From: Basidiobolus meristosporus CBS 931.73
Lineage: Eukaryota > Fungi > Basidiobolomycota
DNA: 64,000 bases
Direction: 5' to 3'
NCBI GenBank assembly: GCA_002104905.1
Contig: MCFE01000214.1
Location: 63,081-127,080 of the forward strand
Of this stretch, positions 49,255 through 63,600 are shown piece after piece (position 1 is the stretch's first letter; each line of letters begins with the position of its first letter). Below the pieces are notes generated by a model. It saw only the letters and a program-made list of their open reading frames with translations, was not told the DNA's origin and made no database searches. A program made the translations under genes and the position numbers.

Positions 49255-49796
49255 GGTTCAAGTCTTAAGAAAAGATAAAACAAATATGACAAATTATCAA
49301 AACAACTCCAAAAAATAAATATTCAAATTCTTGTTTACCAGAATATGATATGAAATAAACAAAGTAAGACACCCATCCAGAAAAAACAATTGCATTTAAT
49401 TAGACCATTTGGTCCAAATTGGACCAAATGGTCCGGCCAAATCTCTACTTGTTAATAAGCAATGAAATTGCACTTGATTAAGTGATGTATTTCTGAATAT
49501 TAACTTTGTAATTAGCTTGTAAGATACTTGCTAACTATTAGGAATTAGTTAAGTAGAGAATTGTAGGAAGATCTGACACTTGTCCAAATGAGCTAAAACT
49601 TGGCACATGTATGCCTGAGACTTCTATTAATACCATGTAGTAACTTTATGTAGCTATCCAATTGAGGCATGCTCAGTTATTACTTAGGGTCACTGTTCTC
49701 CTTAGACAGAAGTACTAAGAGTATTGCCCTAAGCCAATCCTAGTTTATGCAATATATACTGAAGAACTACTAAATGGAAGACTGTAAGCCAGCAAC

Positions 49797-50165
49797 TGTT
49801 ATGATATACCGCTTAAATGGTTAAGTTAGATCAGTCCTTAGTCAATTCAATTAGTTATATGTTCAGCTTAACAGTATATTAGTATTATCCATTAAATCAG
49901 TAGCATTAGTCAGCAAATAAATCAGCAGATCCTTATCAGACAGATATAGGTATATTAAATAGGATCTTATTGGGTGATGATGATGCAATCAAATGAGTCA
50001 TCAGCCATAGCCTACACTAGGAAATACAATTAGTCAGCAATTGATCTGGCAAAATGTATATAAGGAGCTGCTGGAACCTCAATAAAAATCAGTTCAAGTT
50101 TTAGCAAATACAATACTAGCTAAACTCCCTATTCCTCTACAACTCTTATATCAAGACTTGTAACA
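49797..50165 (+). mobile_element. Gypsy solo LTR
   Basis: TGTTA...TAACA, reverse complement of 33052-33419, with a 4-bp TSD CAAC. Sits inside the decayed Copia RT (KPAA|TPMET). Confidence 0.9.
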
Positions 50166-51811
50166 CAACTACCCTAATGGAGACAAACTATTACTCTGTC
50201 AAAGGTAAACCAAATCAAGAAAACATGGTGCCATCTAAGAGACCTGACTACTATTATGAATCAATGGTCTGCAGTATAGTGTATATCATGCTTTGAGCAC
50301 AAACAAATACCCCCTACTATGTATATATATATATCTGCTTAAGGTGCTCATTTAAGGTTTCCAAGCAGTGTATTGTAGAATACTTTGATGCTGATTGGGG
50401 AAAAGTTTAGAAGACAGATGACCTGCCACAGGATATACATTTCTTTACTCTAAAGAAGCAAATCACAGAATTCAAGTTAGAAAGCAACTGTAGCATTTTC
50501 CTCCTCCAAAGCAGAGTATATGGCAACCTGTTAGCCTACAAGAGTAGCAATGTGGCTAAGCAAGCTATTCAGACACTTGGGCTTATGTCAGCAAGTACAT
50601 TGCTCTATTTCACAATAAACAATAGTATTTAAGTTTGGTAGAAATACACCTTTTCATGCTAAAATGCACCATATATATATTTGAACTGATATACTATGGG
50701 AAGCAGCAGAGAATAACTTAGTTGGCATATTTTACTGCCTTACAAGTGAAGTGGTTGCAGACAAGGTTACCAAACTATTAGCCAGAGAGTAATGAGGATA
50801 TTTTTAGCCAGATATAAGACTGATCAGTTTGGACATTAAGTTGAGTGGGATTTTTGTGGAAATTTTTGTAAATCCACCTAAGTACTTACCAGTCTTGGTC
50901 ACTTTTATCATTACTTACAAATCTCAGAGAATACTGACCAAATTCCTTGTTTGGACTCACCAAGAACATTTTCACCCAAACATCAGGTACCAACAATTTG
51001 AGAATGTGAAGTTGACCCAAGAGCCCCAAAATCTGCATATATGCTCTGTTGAAGTATTGGACTACTGAATTGTCTCATTTGCTTGATGAGTATTGCACTG
51101 CTACCTCTGTTCCTGCCTGCTTGTCCATCACCAGAGCTCCACTTGCTATACAACATTTCATTCCTGCTTTTTGTAGCTTTCAGCCGGTTTGCAACAAGCT
51201 CTCAAGGAACCTGCAGGTTATAAGCTGTGGCACCATTGTTCTTTTTCCTATATTAGATTCTGCCATTTCTCAGATACTTTCTTAGCATGAAAATGCTGGC
51301 CCAAAATATGGTTGTCTTCTTGAATCCAGGTAAATGCCCATGGTACAGATCAAGTATATTCTACTTGGCCTTAAATTCTGGAAAGGTCCCATGATATGCT
51401 GGCCTTAAGGTGATGCCATGCTAGAATCCTGATGCCTCCTGAATATTAGCCAGCTCTTCATTATTGCACTCAACAGCTTCACAGATCTTCAATATCTTTT
51501 TACTGTTATATCTCAGTTTATAGATCAAAGTCTCTTGCTGCTATGCTTCAACAGGTCTTTATACAGGCACTATCATTGAGCACTGTTATTGTGCTTCAAA
51601 GACTGTATGGTACTCCTCTGATGTTACATTGAGAAATAGCTTATTTTTTGACTGTGGCAATGAGCTACTTGAGTTCCTTCATTGTAGTCTAAAAACTGGG
51701 TTCTCTATGTGGGATAACACTAGCACTACATTTATTATTTACTCATCCTGACTCTGAGCTACTTCATGATTTTGCTGGGCCATTGCATCTATCCTGTCAG
51801 TTACTGTCCCA

Positions 51812-52467
51812 CCAAGTGAGCCTATACTTGGCCACAGAGTATGAAACATAGTTCTGTATCTTCATGCAAAGTAGCCCCTGATTTTCACCCATTGTGCCGG
51901 AGAAAGTTTATTTTTTGACCTTTTTTTATGGATCCATGTAGTTCAAGATGTGTAAGAGCACAGGAGAACTGAAGATATGCATCAGGTACTCAATACCCAT
52001 GGCACTCTGAATCTAGCTCCTGTGGCTTGTAACATGTCACAAAAATGCACAGCACTATCTTGGTCCACTGGTACAATCTGGCGCTATAGGTGCTTTGTAT
52101 AGGTCTTGCTTTAGGGCTAATAATTAAATATAGTGGCAGATAGTACCAGTGGACCAAGATAGTGCCATGCATTTTTGTGACATGTTACAAGACACAGGAG
52201 CTAGATTCAGAGTGCCATGGGTATTGAGTACCAAATGCATATCTTCAGTCCTTTTGTGCTCTTACACATCCTGCACAACATTGATCTAAAAAAATAGGTC
52301 AAAAAATGGATTTTCTCCAGCACAATGGGTGAAACATAGGGGCTGCTTTACATGAGGATGTGTTTCACACTCTGTGGCCAGATATGGGTGCACTTGGCCT
52401 TCCTGGCGCACTATGGCATCATTTGGCACTCATGGCTCAATGTGGTACTATCCAACAGAACAAGTCT
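51812..52467. mobile_element. Fold-back MITE copy lacking about 70 bp of the left end
   Basis: Inverted arms around the spacer at about 52090-52130. Right end AACAGAACAAGTCT|AGT. Confidence 0.85.
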
Positions 52468-52779
52468 AGTGTCATCAGAGTCTTGCTGTGAGGCCGTCAA
52501 AATAACATTAAGTTTCTTATCATACAAGGCAATTGGATGTCTGGACCAACTGTATCCACTTCAAATAGTTGTAGAGCACTAAAAGACCGCAACAATACCA
52601 TGCAATTATTGTTGCAGCTCCAATAAAAAATTGTCAAGTTTTATCCCTTTATTTGGTTATAAAATTAGCAAAACACCATCACAATCCTGTTTTAAGATTG
52701 TTTTGAGGGTCACTAATTCCAAGCTGCTGGTGTTATGATGCTCTCTCAATGGTATCCTGACAGCTGATCTGGATTAGAT

Positions 52780-53460
52780 CCACCCATGGGACCAAAATAT
52801 TCTTCATAGGGTCTTTACTTCATCTTTCTTATTGTGTAGAGGGTATGGGCCTTGCTTCACCTTTTGGGAGCTTCCTATATGGTAGATGTGCAGGGAAATA
52901 GGATGACAAGTCAAGTCACAGGTACTACCATATCCTAGTCTTATCAAGAATATTACCTTCAAGTCAGTCATGGATGCGATGATCTGGCACATGGAGGACA
53001 GCCAGGAAGAGTTGGAAAATACTGAGGACAGATGTGCACATGAAGACACCTATGCCTATGGCATTAAGAAGCTAAGTAATGCAAAGTTGAGTCAGGTGCA
53101 ACAAGCAACCAATTTTTATTAGGAAAACTCTGCCAAGTAATGCCGGATTTCTCTTTGTGAATATTTAGGAGGTATTCATGGCAAAAGTGGCAGCAACTAA
53201 GCATATGTTTGCAAGATGTATGTGTCACCAGCAACACAAGGTATATGGCAACTTTGCAGGTATTGCACTAAAAAGCCATGAAGTTGAGGTGATAGAAGTA
53301 TGTCAATTATGTCAAGTGTGAGCATATGTAGAGGTAAGTAAGCAGGAGGCCATAGTGTTTTTTTATTCAAACTATATGTGGAATATCCATGGTAGTAGTG
53401 AGTAAGCAAACAAAGGGGGGTGACTTGACAGTGGAAATATGAATGGTGAAGGGGGAAGTG
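52780..53460 (+). pseudogene. CACTA-like relic, second copy
   Basis: Reverse-complement homology to 11640-12360 (gtgccaggaagagttggaa, cctatgcctatggcatt, gtggcagca). Confidence 0.5.
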
Positions 53461-53889
53461 GAAAAAGGAAACACCATTTGGTAAATTAGTAAGGTAGTAT
53501 TGTACAGAACTAGCTCTAGGCTGTCATACTGCTATTGATATACCATCAGTGGTGTGCAATGGGCCATCAAAAAGCTGTTAAGCTTCTTGCCATCCAAGGC
53601 AATTTGATGTGCTGGCCAGTCATGTCTGCTCAAGTAGATGTACAGCACATCAAGACCATCACAGTGCCATGCAACTCTTGTTGAAAGACCACCAAAACCC
53701 TGTCAAGTTTTTAACTTTACTCAGTAGTATAGTTAGCAAAGCCCTGTTGTGATCCCATCATTAGATTGCATAAAAGGGCATTAATTCTAAGCCGCCTTCA
53801 TTATGATGGTCTCTTGGTGGGATCCCAATGGCTGACTGGGACTGGATCCACCTGCAGGGCCAATTTTTTTTCACAGAGTGACCCTAACC

Positions 53890-56800
53890 CTACTGGTGCA
53901 AAGGTCTCAGTATAGTCCAGTCTTTTTGTTTGAGAGTGTCCTTTGGCCAAAAGTATTGCTTTGTATCTTTCAATTGTACCATCAGCCTTGTATTTTGTCT
54001 TGAAGACCCATCGGTATCCAATGGATTTTCAGTTGATTGGTAATTTGACTAAGTCCCATGTTTCATTTTCCATCAGGACCCAATATTCCTCAGTCATTGC
54101 AGATCTCCAAAACTTTGTCTGAGGGCTATTTAGGGCCTCTTTTACAGTCTGGGGTTCTTCAATATGGACTGAGTAGGCATAGGCTAAGTTTGTACCCTCA
54201 TTGATATAGCAAATTGGGCTATTTCTTGTAGATTATATCTCCAGGCATTGGATACTAGAATAATTGCTTCTGTGGTACTCCTGGTCACTGATTCTGGCTG
54301 AACCATGGTTGTAGAGTCCTCTGGAGTAAAAGAATTTTTATTGTTTTGCTCTGATTCAATCCTGACAATTAGTGGACTTGAGATCAGATTTTTGTCATCA
54401 TCTGATGCCACTTGTGAAAATTGTTAATTTTCATCAAACAAGACATCCCTGGACTTGATTAGCTTCTTTTCTTTGCTATTGTAGATTCTGTATGCTTTAC
54501 TCTCATTGCAGTAACCCAAAAATATGCATTTTACACTTTTTGGCTCAAATTTTGACTGATTTCCGGGATGTTTCTTAGCATATACTGTAAACCCAAATAT
54601 TCTTGGATGTTCTGCACTTGGTCTGTACCCATACCGTACTTCAAATGGAGTAGAATCACAGAGTGTTCTATTATAACTCTTATTTTTGAGGTATACAGCA
54701 GTGGCAACTGATTTTTCTCAAAAATTGTAGGATAATTTTTAATCATGGATCATAGATCTTGCCATATCAATTATTGATCTATTAGCACATTCTGCTACTC
54801 CATTTTGCTATGCAGAGTATGGTACAGTATTCTCTTGCTTTATCCCATGAATTTGTACAAGTGGATGAAGAGTTTTGAGGTATAATCTTGACCATTGTCA
54901 GAGAGTATTTTCTTGATTTTTTCACCAGTTTCTCTCTCTACCATGGCTTTAAACTCCCTGAACTTAGACAGAGCTTCTTCCTTTCTCTCTGTGAAGTAGA
55001 CCCATGTGTCTCTTGTATAATCATCAATAAAATTGAGTAAGTACTTCACCCTGCCTAAGGACTAATTTGCATAGGTCCACACAGGTATAAGTGAATTAGG
55101 TCTGATTTTTTCTTAGTTTTGACTAACCCAGAGCTCTTGAACAGATGTCTGACTGGTTTCCTATATATGCAGGCCTCACAGTGCTCCAAACTAGCTGGGG
55201 GATCATTTTTACTCCTGAAATTAGCTGATCTTTGATCATTTTGTGCAAATAATCAAAATTGATGTGCCCATATCTCCGGTGCCAAAGCATTGGTGTTTCT
55301 TCACTTAAGTTACTTATATTGGCTTCCAGATATGATGGAAAATAATTGTACTTGTATAGATTCAGATCTCTGATACCCAAAGCAATATGGGCACCATTTT
55401 GATCAGTAATCTTGCATCCAGAATTGTCAAAGCTGAAACTGAGTCCTTGTGCAGTGGCCTTGCTTACTGATAGTAGGTTCTTGGCTATTTCTGGTACACA
55501 GAGTACTTCTTTAAAGGTCAGTGTATGGCTTCCTTCACTGCTTCTAAGGTTTACTTGGATAGTTCCTTCTCCCACTGCATCAAGTGTTCTACTTGTTGTA
55601 AGAGTCTTGGAGATATTGGAAGTGATTGGGAGAACAAGTAGATTATATGGTTTTCACTTAATGATTTATTGAATGTAAAAGTAGTATTTATACTTTTACC
55701 TGATCTTGGCATTACAAACACATAGAATAGGTTAAGGAAGGTCCCAAGAACCTGTGTGCAAAGTTTGGAGCTGTTTGGACAACTTTGAGAATTTTGATGT
55801 TCTGGGTACCTGGCATTTTGGTGAAAAATATTCTAGGTAAATCCCAACAAGGAATTTGGTCAGTATTCTCTAGGATATAAAGGTAATGATCTAAGTGACT
55901 AAGTTAGGTGAATATTTAGGTGGAAATACAAATTTTTACAACACTCCTACTCAGCTAAATGTTCATACTGACTAATCCAAATTTTGACCCAAGATATTCA
56001 AACTTATCTCCAGCTAATGGTTTGGTAAATATGTCTGCAATCATTTCATCTGTAGGGCAGTAAACTAAGCTAACTAAGTTATTCTCTATAGCTTCACATA
56101 TGAAATGATGTCTAATATCTATGTGCTTGGTTCTTGCATGAAAAGTTGGATTTCTACCTAATTGTATACATCCTTGATTATCTTGAAATATAGCAATAGG
56201 CACTTTTCAACATAGACCTAAATCTGTGAAAAGTTTTCTTAGCCACATTGTTTCTTTTGTAGCTTCACAGGCTGTCATATACTCTGCCTCTGTGGTGGAA
56301 AGTGCCACGGTTGGTTGCTTTCTTGAATTCCATGAAACTGCTCCTTTACAGTAAAGAAAGGTGTATCCTGTGGTAGATCTTCTGTCTTCTAAAATTTGTC
56401 CCCAATCAGCATCAGAGTATCCTACCAGATCCTGTTCTGAATCCTTATAAGTGTATCTTAAGCAGATATCAGCAGTTCCTTTTAGGTATCTAAAAATCCG
56501 CTTAACTGCTGCAATATGATCAGATCCATAGTTCTGATTATGTTGGCTGACAACTCTCACTGAATATAAGATATCTGGACGTGTTCCAAGCATGATATAC
56601 ATCAGATAGCCAATCATAGATTGATAAGGAAAGTCAGGGCTTTCAGATGGCACCAAGCTCTCTTGATTTGGTTGAGTTTTGACCAAGTTAAGGTTTGTCT
56701 CCATTGGGATAGCTGCAGGTTTACAGTCTTCCATTTGGTACTTCTTTAGTATATCTTGAATATAGTTGGATTGACTTAGGGTGAACGTGTGGGTACTTCT

Positions 56801-59800
56801 GTCTATGGAGAACTTAATCCCTAAGTAGTAACTAAGTTCTCCTAGATTGGACATCTTGAACCCCTTAGATAGGCTGGATTTAGTCTCTTCCAATGTTTCT
56901 AGGTTATTGGCGGCTATAATAAGATCATCCACATATAGATCTACTAGAGCTGGATTTGCTCTATCTGGCTTATAGTATATACTATAGTCAGCATTACTTC
57001 TTTTGAAACTCAAAGATTCCAAATAAGTATCTATTTTGCAATTCCATGCTCTTGGTGATTGTTTGAGACCATATAATGACTTTTAAGCTTGTAGACCAAA
57101 TGGGGGTTATCTTGGTCAACAAACCCATCAGGCTGGTCCATATACATGTCCTCATCAAGTTCTCCATTCAAAAATGCAGTTTTTACATCCATTTGAGGAA
57201 TGAAAAGCTTATATTTGGCTGCAATAGACAATATTACTCTGATGGAATTAAACTTGGTTACTGGTGCAAAGGTCTCAGTATAGTCAAGTCCTTTTGTTTG
57301 AGAGTATCCTTTGGCTACAAGTCTTGCTTTGTATCTTTCAACTGTACCATCAGCCTTGTATTTTGTCTTGAAGACCCATCTGCATCCAATTGATTTATGG
57401 TTGATTGGTAATTTGACTAAGTCCCAAGTTTGATTTTCCATCAGGGCCTGATATTCCTCAGTCATTGCAGATCTCCAAAACTTTGTCTGAGGGCTATTTA
57501 GGGCCTCTTTTACAGTCTGGGGCTCTTCAATATGGACTGAATAGGCATAGGCTAAGTTTGTACCCTTATTGATATAGTAATTTGGGCTATTTCTGGTCTG
57601 ATTGGATCTCCGGGCATTTGATACTGGAATGATCACTTCTTGGATGTTCCTGGACACTGATTCAGGCTGAACCATGGTTATAGAGTCCTGGGAGTGAAAA
57701 TGTCTTCATTGTTTTGCTCTGATACAATCCCAACAATTGGTGGACTTGAGATCAAATCTTTGTCATCATCTGATGTCATTTTTTGTGAAAATCTTGAATT
57801 TTCATCAAACAACACATCCCTGGACTTGATCAGCTTCTTTGCTTTGGTATTGTAGAGTCTGTATGTCTTACGCTCATTGCAGTAGCCCAAAAATATGCAT
57901 TCTACACTTTTTGGCTCAAATTTTGACTGATTTCCGGCCAGTTTTTTGGCATATGCTGTAAACCCAGATATTCTTAGATGTTTTGCACTTGGTCTGTATC
58001 CAAACCCTGCTTCAAATAGAGCAGAATCACAAAGTATTCGGTTATAGCTCCTATTTTTAAGGTATACAGCAGTGGCAACTGATTCCGCCCAAAAATCATA
58101 GGATAATTTTTGATCATGGGTCATAGATCTTGCCAAATCAATTATTGATCTGTTAGCACATTCTGCTACTCCATTTTGCTGTGGAGAGTATGGTACTGTA
58201 GTCTCTTGCTTTATCCCATGAATTTTGCAGAAGTGGATGAAGAGTTTTGAGGTATATTCTTGACCATTGTCAGAGCGTATTTTGTTGATTTTTTCACCAG
58301 TTTCTCTCTCCACCATGGCTTTAAACTCCCTGAGCTTAGACAGAGCTTCTTCCTTTCTCTCAATGAAGTAGACCCATGTGTATCTTGTATAAACATCAAT
58401 AAAAGTGATGAAATACTTCATCCTGCCTAAGGATAAGTTTTTCATAGGTCCACACAGATCTGAGTGAATTAGATCTAGTTTTTTCTTAGTTTTGATTAAC
58501 CCAGAGCTATTGAACAGTTGTTTGGCTTGTTTCCCATATATGCAGGCTTCACAGTGCTCCAAATTAGCTGGGGTATCAATTTTCACTCCAGAAATTAGCT
58601 GATCTTTGATCATTTTGCGCAAATAATCAAAATTGATGTGTCCAAATCTCCTGTGCCAAAGTATTGGTGTTTCTTCATATAAGTTACTTATATTGGCTTC
58701 CAGATAGGATGGAATATAAGTCAACTTGTATAGATTCTGATCTCTGATGCCCAAAGCAATATGGGCACCATTTTGATCAGTAATCTTGCATCCAGAATTG
58801 CCGAAACTGAAACTGAGTCATTCTGCTGTGGCCTTGCTTACAGAGAGTAGGTTCTTGGCTATTTCTGGTACATAGAGTATTTCTTTAAAGGTCAGTGTAT
58901 GGCTTCCTTCACTGCTTCTAAGGTTTACTTGGGTGGTTCCTTCTCCCACTAAATCGAGTGTTCTGTTGTCACCCATGAAAACCTTCTTAATTGGAATTTC
59001 TTGATTTTGGGTAAAAAGTTCTTTTTGGTGTGTAAAGTGTTGAGATGCTCCAGAGTCAATATACCACGTCTGAGAATCCTTGTTTGTGGTCAAATTTAGT
59101 GCATATATGAATAGTCTATCTTCAGTTGTTACAGCATTTCCATATTCAGGCTTCTTTTGCTGATTATCTTTCTTATTGAGACACCGGTCTGATGTGCGTC
59201 CTTTCCTTTTGCAGTAGTTACAAAACAGGTTGCTGTTGCCTTTGTAGGGTCTTGGGTACCTCCTTTGCTGGTTATCATTGCTTATTAAAGCATTTTCTTC
59301 TTCCTTCTTATTGTTGCTTGATTTTCTTAATTCTTCATCCAGGAGCCTTCCATATATGTAATTTAAGGTCAAATCTGCAGTTCTGGACTCTAGGGCTAAT
59401 ACAAGGCCCTGAAACTTGTCTTCCAGGCTATTCAGGATGGTAACTATCACATCCTCATCAGTAGTTGGTGCACCCACAGATTCCATCTCATCTACCAGCA
59501 GGGTAATTCTGTTAATTAGATTTTTCATTTCTTCTCCTGGCAGCATATTTGTAGTAAAGAGTTTTTGTCTCAGATACACTTTCTTAGCAGCTGAACATGA
59601 CTGGTAGGTGTCTTCTAATGCCTTCTAGGCATTCTTTGCTGTTTTTGCTCTTGAGCATTGAATTAGCAATTTGTCTTTAACATTAAGGCAAATGCAGTTG
59701 AAGGCACTTTGTTCTTTCTTCTGGTACTTTAAGGCTTCCTCTCCCATGTTTTAGGAGGGCATTCTTCTCCCATGACAATATCCCAAAGGCCTCTTTCTTG

Positions 59801-60665
59801 TAGCAGCATCTTCATCTTCACCTTCCACACTTAGTAGTTAGATCCATCCAACTTTTCAGCGGAGGGAAAAATTCAAGTAATAGCAGTAGTAGACATTACA
59901 GAGAGTGACAGCTTGGGGCTCATAACCTGTTGTAAGAGTGTTGGAGACATTGGAAGTGATTAGGAGGACAAGTAAATTATGTGGTTTTCACTTAATGATA
60001 TTTTGAATGTAAAGTAGTGTTTATACTTTTACATGGTCTTGGCACTACAAACATGTAGAATAGGTTGTGGAAGGTCCCAAGAACCTGTGTGCAAAGTTTG
60101 GGGCTGTTTGGACAACTTTGAGAATTTTGATGTTCTAGGTACCTGATATTTTGGTGAAAATATTCTAATAAATCCCAACAAGAAATTTAGTCACTATTCT
60201 CTAGGATATGAAGGTAATGATCTAAGTGACTAAGTTAGGTGAGTATTTAGGTAGAAATACAAATTTTACAACACTATTGTTACCCATGAAAACCTCCTTA
60301 ATCGGAATTTCTTGGTATTGGGCAAAAAGTTCTCTTTGGTGTGTAAAGTGTTGATATGCTCCAGACTCAATATACCACATCTGAGAATCCTTGTTTGTGG
60401 TCAAATTTAGTGCAGATATGAATGGACTATCTTCAGTTGTTGCAGCATTTCCATATTCAGACTTCTTTTGCTGATTATCTTTTTTTTTGAGACACCGGTC
60501 TGATGTGTGCCCTTTCCTATTGCAGCAGTTGCAAAACAGGTTGCTGTTGCCTTTGTAGGGCCTTGGGTACCTCCTTTGTTGGTTATCATTGCTTAATAAA
60601 GCATTTTCTTTTCCCTTCTTATTGTTGCTTGATTTTCTTAATTCTTCATCCAGGAGCCTTCCCTA
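53890..60665 (-). mobile_element. Copia-A host copy (53890-55593 and 60274-60665), truncated at the RT start, carrying two same-family insertions
   Basis: Protease-region sequence resumes exactly across 55594-60273 (gtgttcta|t[c/t]gt[c/t]acccatgaa). Gag is cut again at 60666. Confidence 0.88.
55594..60273 (-). mobile_element. Full-length Copia-A copy nested in Copia-A
   Basis: LTRs at 55594-55943 and 59928-60273, TSD CTACT/CTATT, PBS reverse complement gggctcataacc at 59916-59927, PPT reverse complement at 55944. Fragmented gag-pol. Confidence 0.93.
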
Positions 60666-63600
60666 TGTTGTAAGAGTCTTGGAGATATTGGAAGTGATTG
60701 GGAGAACAAGTAGATTATGTGGTTTTCACTTAATGATTTATTGAATGTAAAAGTAGTATTTATACTTTTACCTGATCTTGGCATTACAAACACATAAAAT
60801 AGATTAAGGAAGGTCCCAAGAACATGTGTGCAAAGCTTGGGGCTGTTTGGACAACTTTGAGAATTTTCATGTTCTGGGTACCTGGTATTTTGGTGAAAAT
60901 ATTCTAAATAAATCCCGTGAAGAAATTTGGCCAGTATTCTCTAGGATATGAAGGTAATGATCTAAGTGACTAAGTTAGGTGAATATTTAGGTTGAAATAC
61001 AAATTTCTTACAACACTCCCACTAAGCTAAATGTTCATACTGACTAGTCCTAATTTTGACCTAGGACATTCAAACTTGTCTCTAGCTAATGGTTTGGTAA
61101 ATATGTCTGCAATCATTTCATCTGTAGGACAGTAAACTAAGCTAACTAAGTTATTCTATATAGCTTTACGTATGAAATGATGTCTAATATCTATGTGCTT
61201 GGTTCTTGCATGAAAAGTTGGATTTCTACCTAATTGTATACATCCTTGATTATCTTGAAATAAAGTAATAGGTGTTTTTTGACATAGGCCTAAATCTGTA
61301 AACAGCTTTCTTAACCACATTGCTTCTTTTGTAGCTTCACAGGCTGCCATATACTCTGCCTCTATGGTGGAAAGTGCTACGTTTGGTTGCTTTCTTGAAT
61401 TCCATGAAATTGCTCCTTTACAGTAAAGAAAGGTGTATCCTGTGGTGGATCTTCTGTCTTCTAAATTTTGTCCCCAATCTGCATCAGAGTATCCCACAAG
61501 ATCTTGTTCTGAGTCCTTTTAAGTGTATCTTAAGCAGATACCAGCAGTTCCTTTTAGGTATCTAAAAATCCGCTTAACTGCTGCAATATGATCAGATCCA
61601 TAGTTCTGATTATGTTGGCTGACAACTCCCACTGAATATGAGATATCTGGACATGTTCCAAGCATGATATACATCAGATAGCCAACCATAGATTGATAAG
61701 GAAAGACAGGGCTTTCAGATGGCACCAAGCTCTCTTGATTTGGTTGAGTTTTGACCAAGTTAAGGTTTGTCTCCATTGGGGTAGCTGCCAGTTTACGGTC
61801 TTCCATTTTGTACTTCTTTAGTATATCTTGAATATACTTGGATTGGCTTAGGGTAATAGTCTGGGTACTTCTGTCTATGGAGAACACAATCCCTAAGTAG
61901 TAACTAAGTTCTCCTAGATTGGACATCTTGAACTCCTTAGATAGGCTTGATTTAGTCTTTTCCAATGTTTCTAGGTTATTGGTGGCTAAATAAGATCATC
62001 CACATACAGAGCTAATAGAACTGGATTTGCTCTATCTGGCTTATAGAATATACTATAGTCAGCATTACTTCTTTTGAAACTCAAGGATTCCAAATAAGAA
62101 TCTATCTTGCAATTCCAGGCTCTTGGTGATTGTTTGAGACCATATAGTGACTTTTTAAGCTTGCAGACCAAGTGGGGGTTATCTTGGTCAACAAACCCAT
62201 CAGGCTGGTCCATATACACGTCCTTGTCAAGTTGTCCATGCAAAAATGCAGTTTTTACATCCATTTGATGAATGAAAAACTTATATTTTGCTGCAATAGC
62301 CAAAATTAATCTGACGGAATCAAACTTGGCTACCAGTGCAAAGGTCTCAGTATAGTCAAGTCCTTTTGTTTGAGAGTATCCTTTGGCTACAAGTCTTGCT
62401 TTGTATCTCTCAATTGTACCATCAGCCTTGTACTTTGTCTTGAAGACTCATCTGTATCCAATTGATTTTTGGTTGATTGGTAATTTGACTAAGTCCCAAG
62501 TTTGATTTTCCATCAGGGCCTGATATTCCTCAGTCATTGCAGATCTCCAAAACTTTGTCTGTGGGCTATTTAGGGCCTCTTTTACAGTCTGGGGTTCATC
62601 AATATGGACTGTATAGGCATAGGCTAAGTTTGTACCCTCATTGATATAGTAGTTTGGGCTATTTCTTGTCTGATTGGATCTCCGGGAATTTGATACTGGA
62701 ATGATCACTTCTGGGATATTTCTAGGAACTGATTCTGGCTGAACCATGGTTGTAGAGTCTTCTGGAGGGAAAAAATTTTCATTGTTTTGCTCTGATTTAA
62801 TCCTGACAATTGGTGGACTTGAGATCAAATTTTTGTCATCATCTAATGTCATTTTTTGTGAAAATTTTGAATTTTATCAAACAACACATCCCTGGACTTG
62901 ATCAGCTTCTTTGCTTTGGTATTGTAGAGTATGTATGCCTTACTCTCATTGCAGTGACCCAAAAATATGCATTTTACACTTTTTGGCTCAAATTTTGACT
63001 GATTCCTGGCCAGTTTTTTGGCATATACTGTACACCCAAATATTCTTAGATGTTCTGCACTTGGTCTGTATCCATACCATGCTTCAAATGGAGCAAAATC
63101 ACAAAGTATTCTGTTATAACTCCTATTTTTAAGGTATACAGCAGTGGCAACTGATTCCGCCCAAAAATCATAGGATAATTTTTGATCATGGATCATAGAT
63201 CTTGCCATATCAATTATTGATCTGTTAGCACATTCTGCTACTCCATTTTGCTGTGGGGAGTATGGTACTGTAGTCTCTTGCTTTATCCCATGAATTTTGC
63301 AGAAGTGGATGAAGAGTTTGAGGTATATTCTTGACCATTGTCAGAGTGTATTTTCTTGATTTTTTCACCAGTTTCTCTCTCCACCATGGCTTTAAACTCC
63401 CTGAACTTAGACAGAGCTTCTTCCTTTCTCTTAATGAAGTAGACCCATGTGTATCTTGTATAATCATCAATAAAAGTGATGAAATACTTCATCCCACCTA
63501 AGGATAAATTTTGCATAGGTCCACACAGATCTGAGTGAATTAGATCTAGTTTTTTCTTAGTTTTGATTAACCCAGAGCTATTGAACAGTTGTCTGGCTTG

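Larger units (their letters stand above)
45787..49451 (-). mobile_element. piggyBac-like DNA transposon, interrupted by LTR Y
   Basis: Imperfect TIR CAAGTAGAGATT...GGACCATTTGG at both ends and TTAA at 49452-49455 (left TSD degenerate). About 2.5 kb without the insertion. Confidence 0.7.
45230..51050 (+). mobile_element. Very decayed Copia-A-like relic (45230-45753 and about 49640-51050) hosting piggyBac and a Gypsy solo LTR
   Basis: Remnants of the EALxSP, KADG, YTET, SYYLG and DADWG segments. PPT AGTTGAGTGGGA at 50839 is followed by a degenerate Copia-A LTR. Confidence 0.65.

Noticed and set aside
45754-49640. Additional solo LTR (TGTTGAAATAATTAGG...) hosting the piggyBac
   Set aside because: Plausible start, but I could not find a CA end or a TSD.
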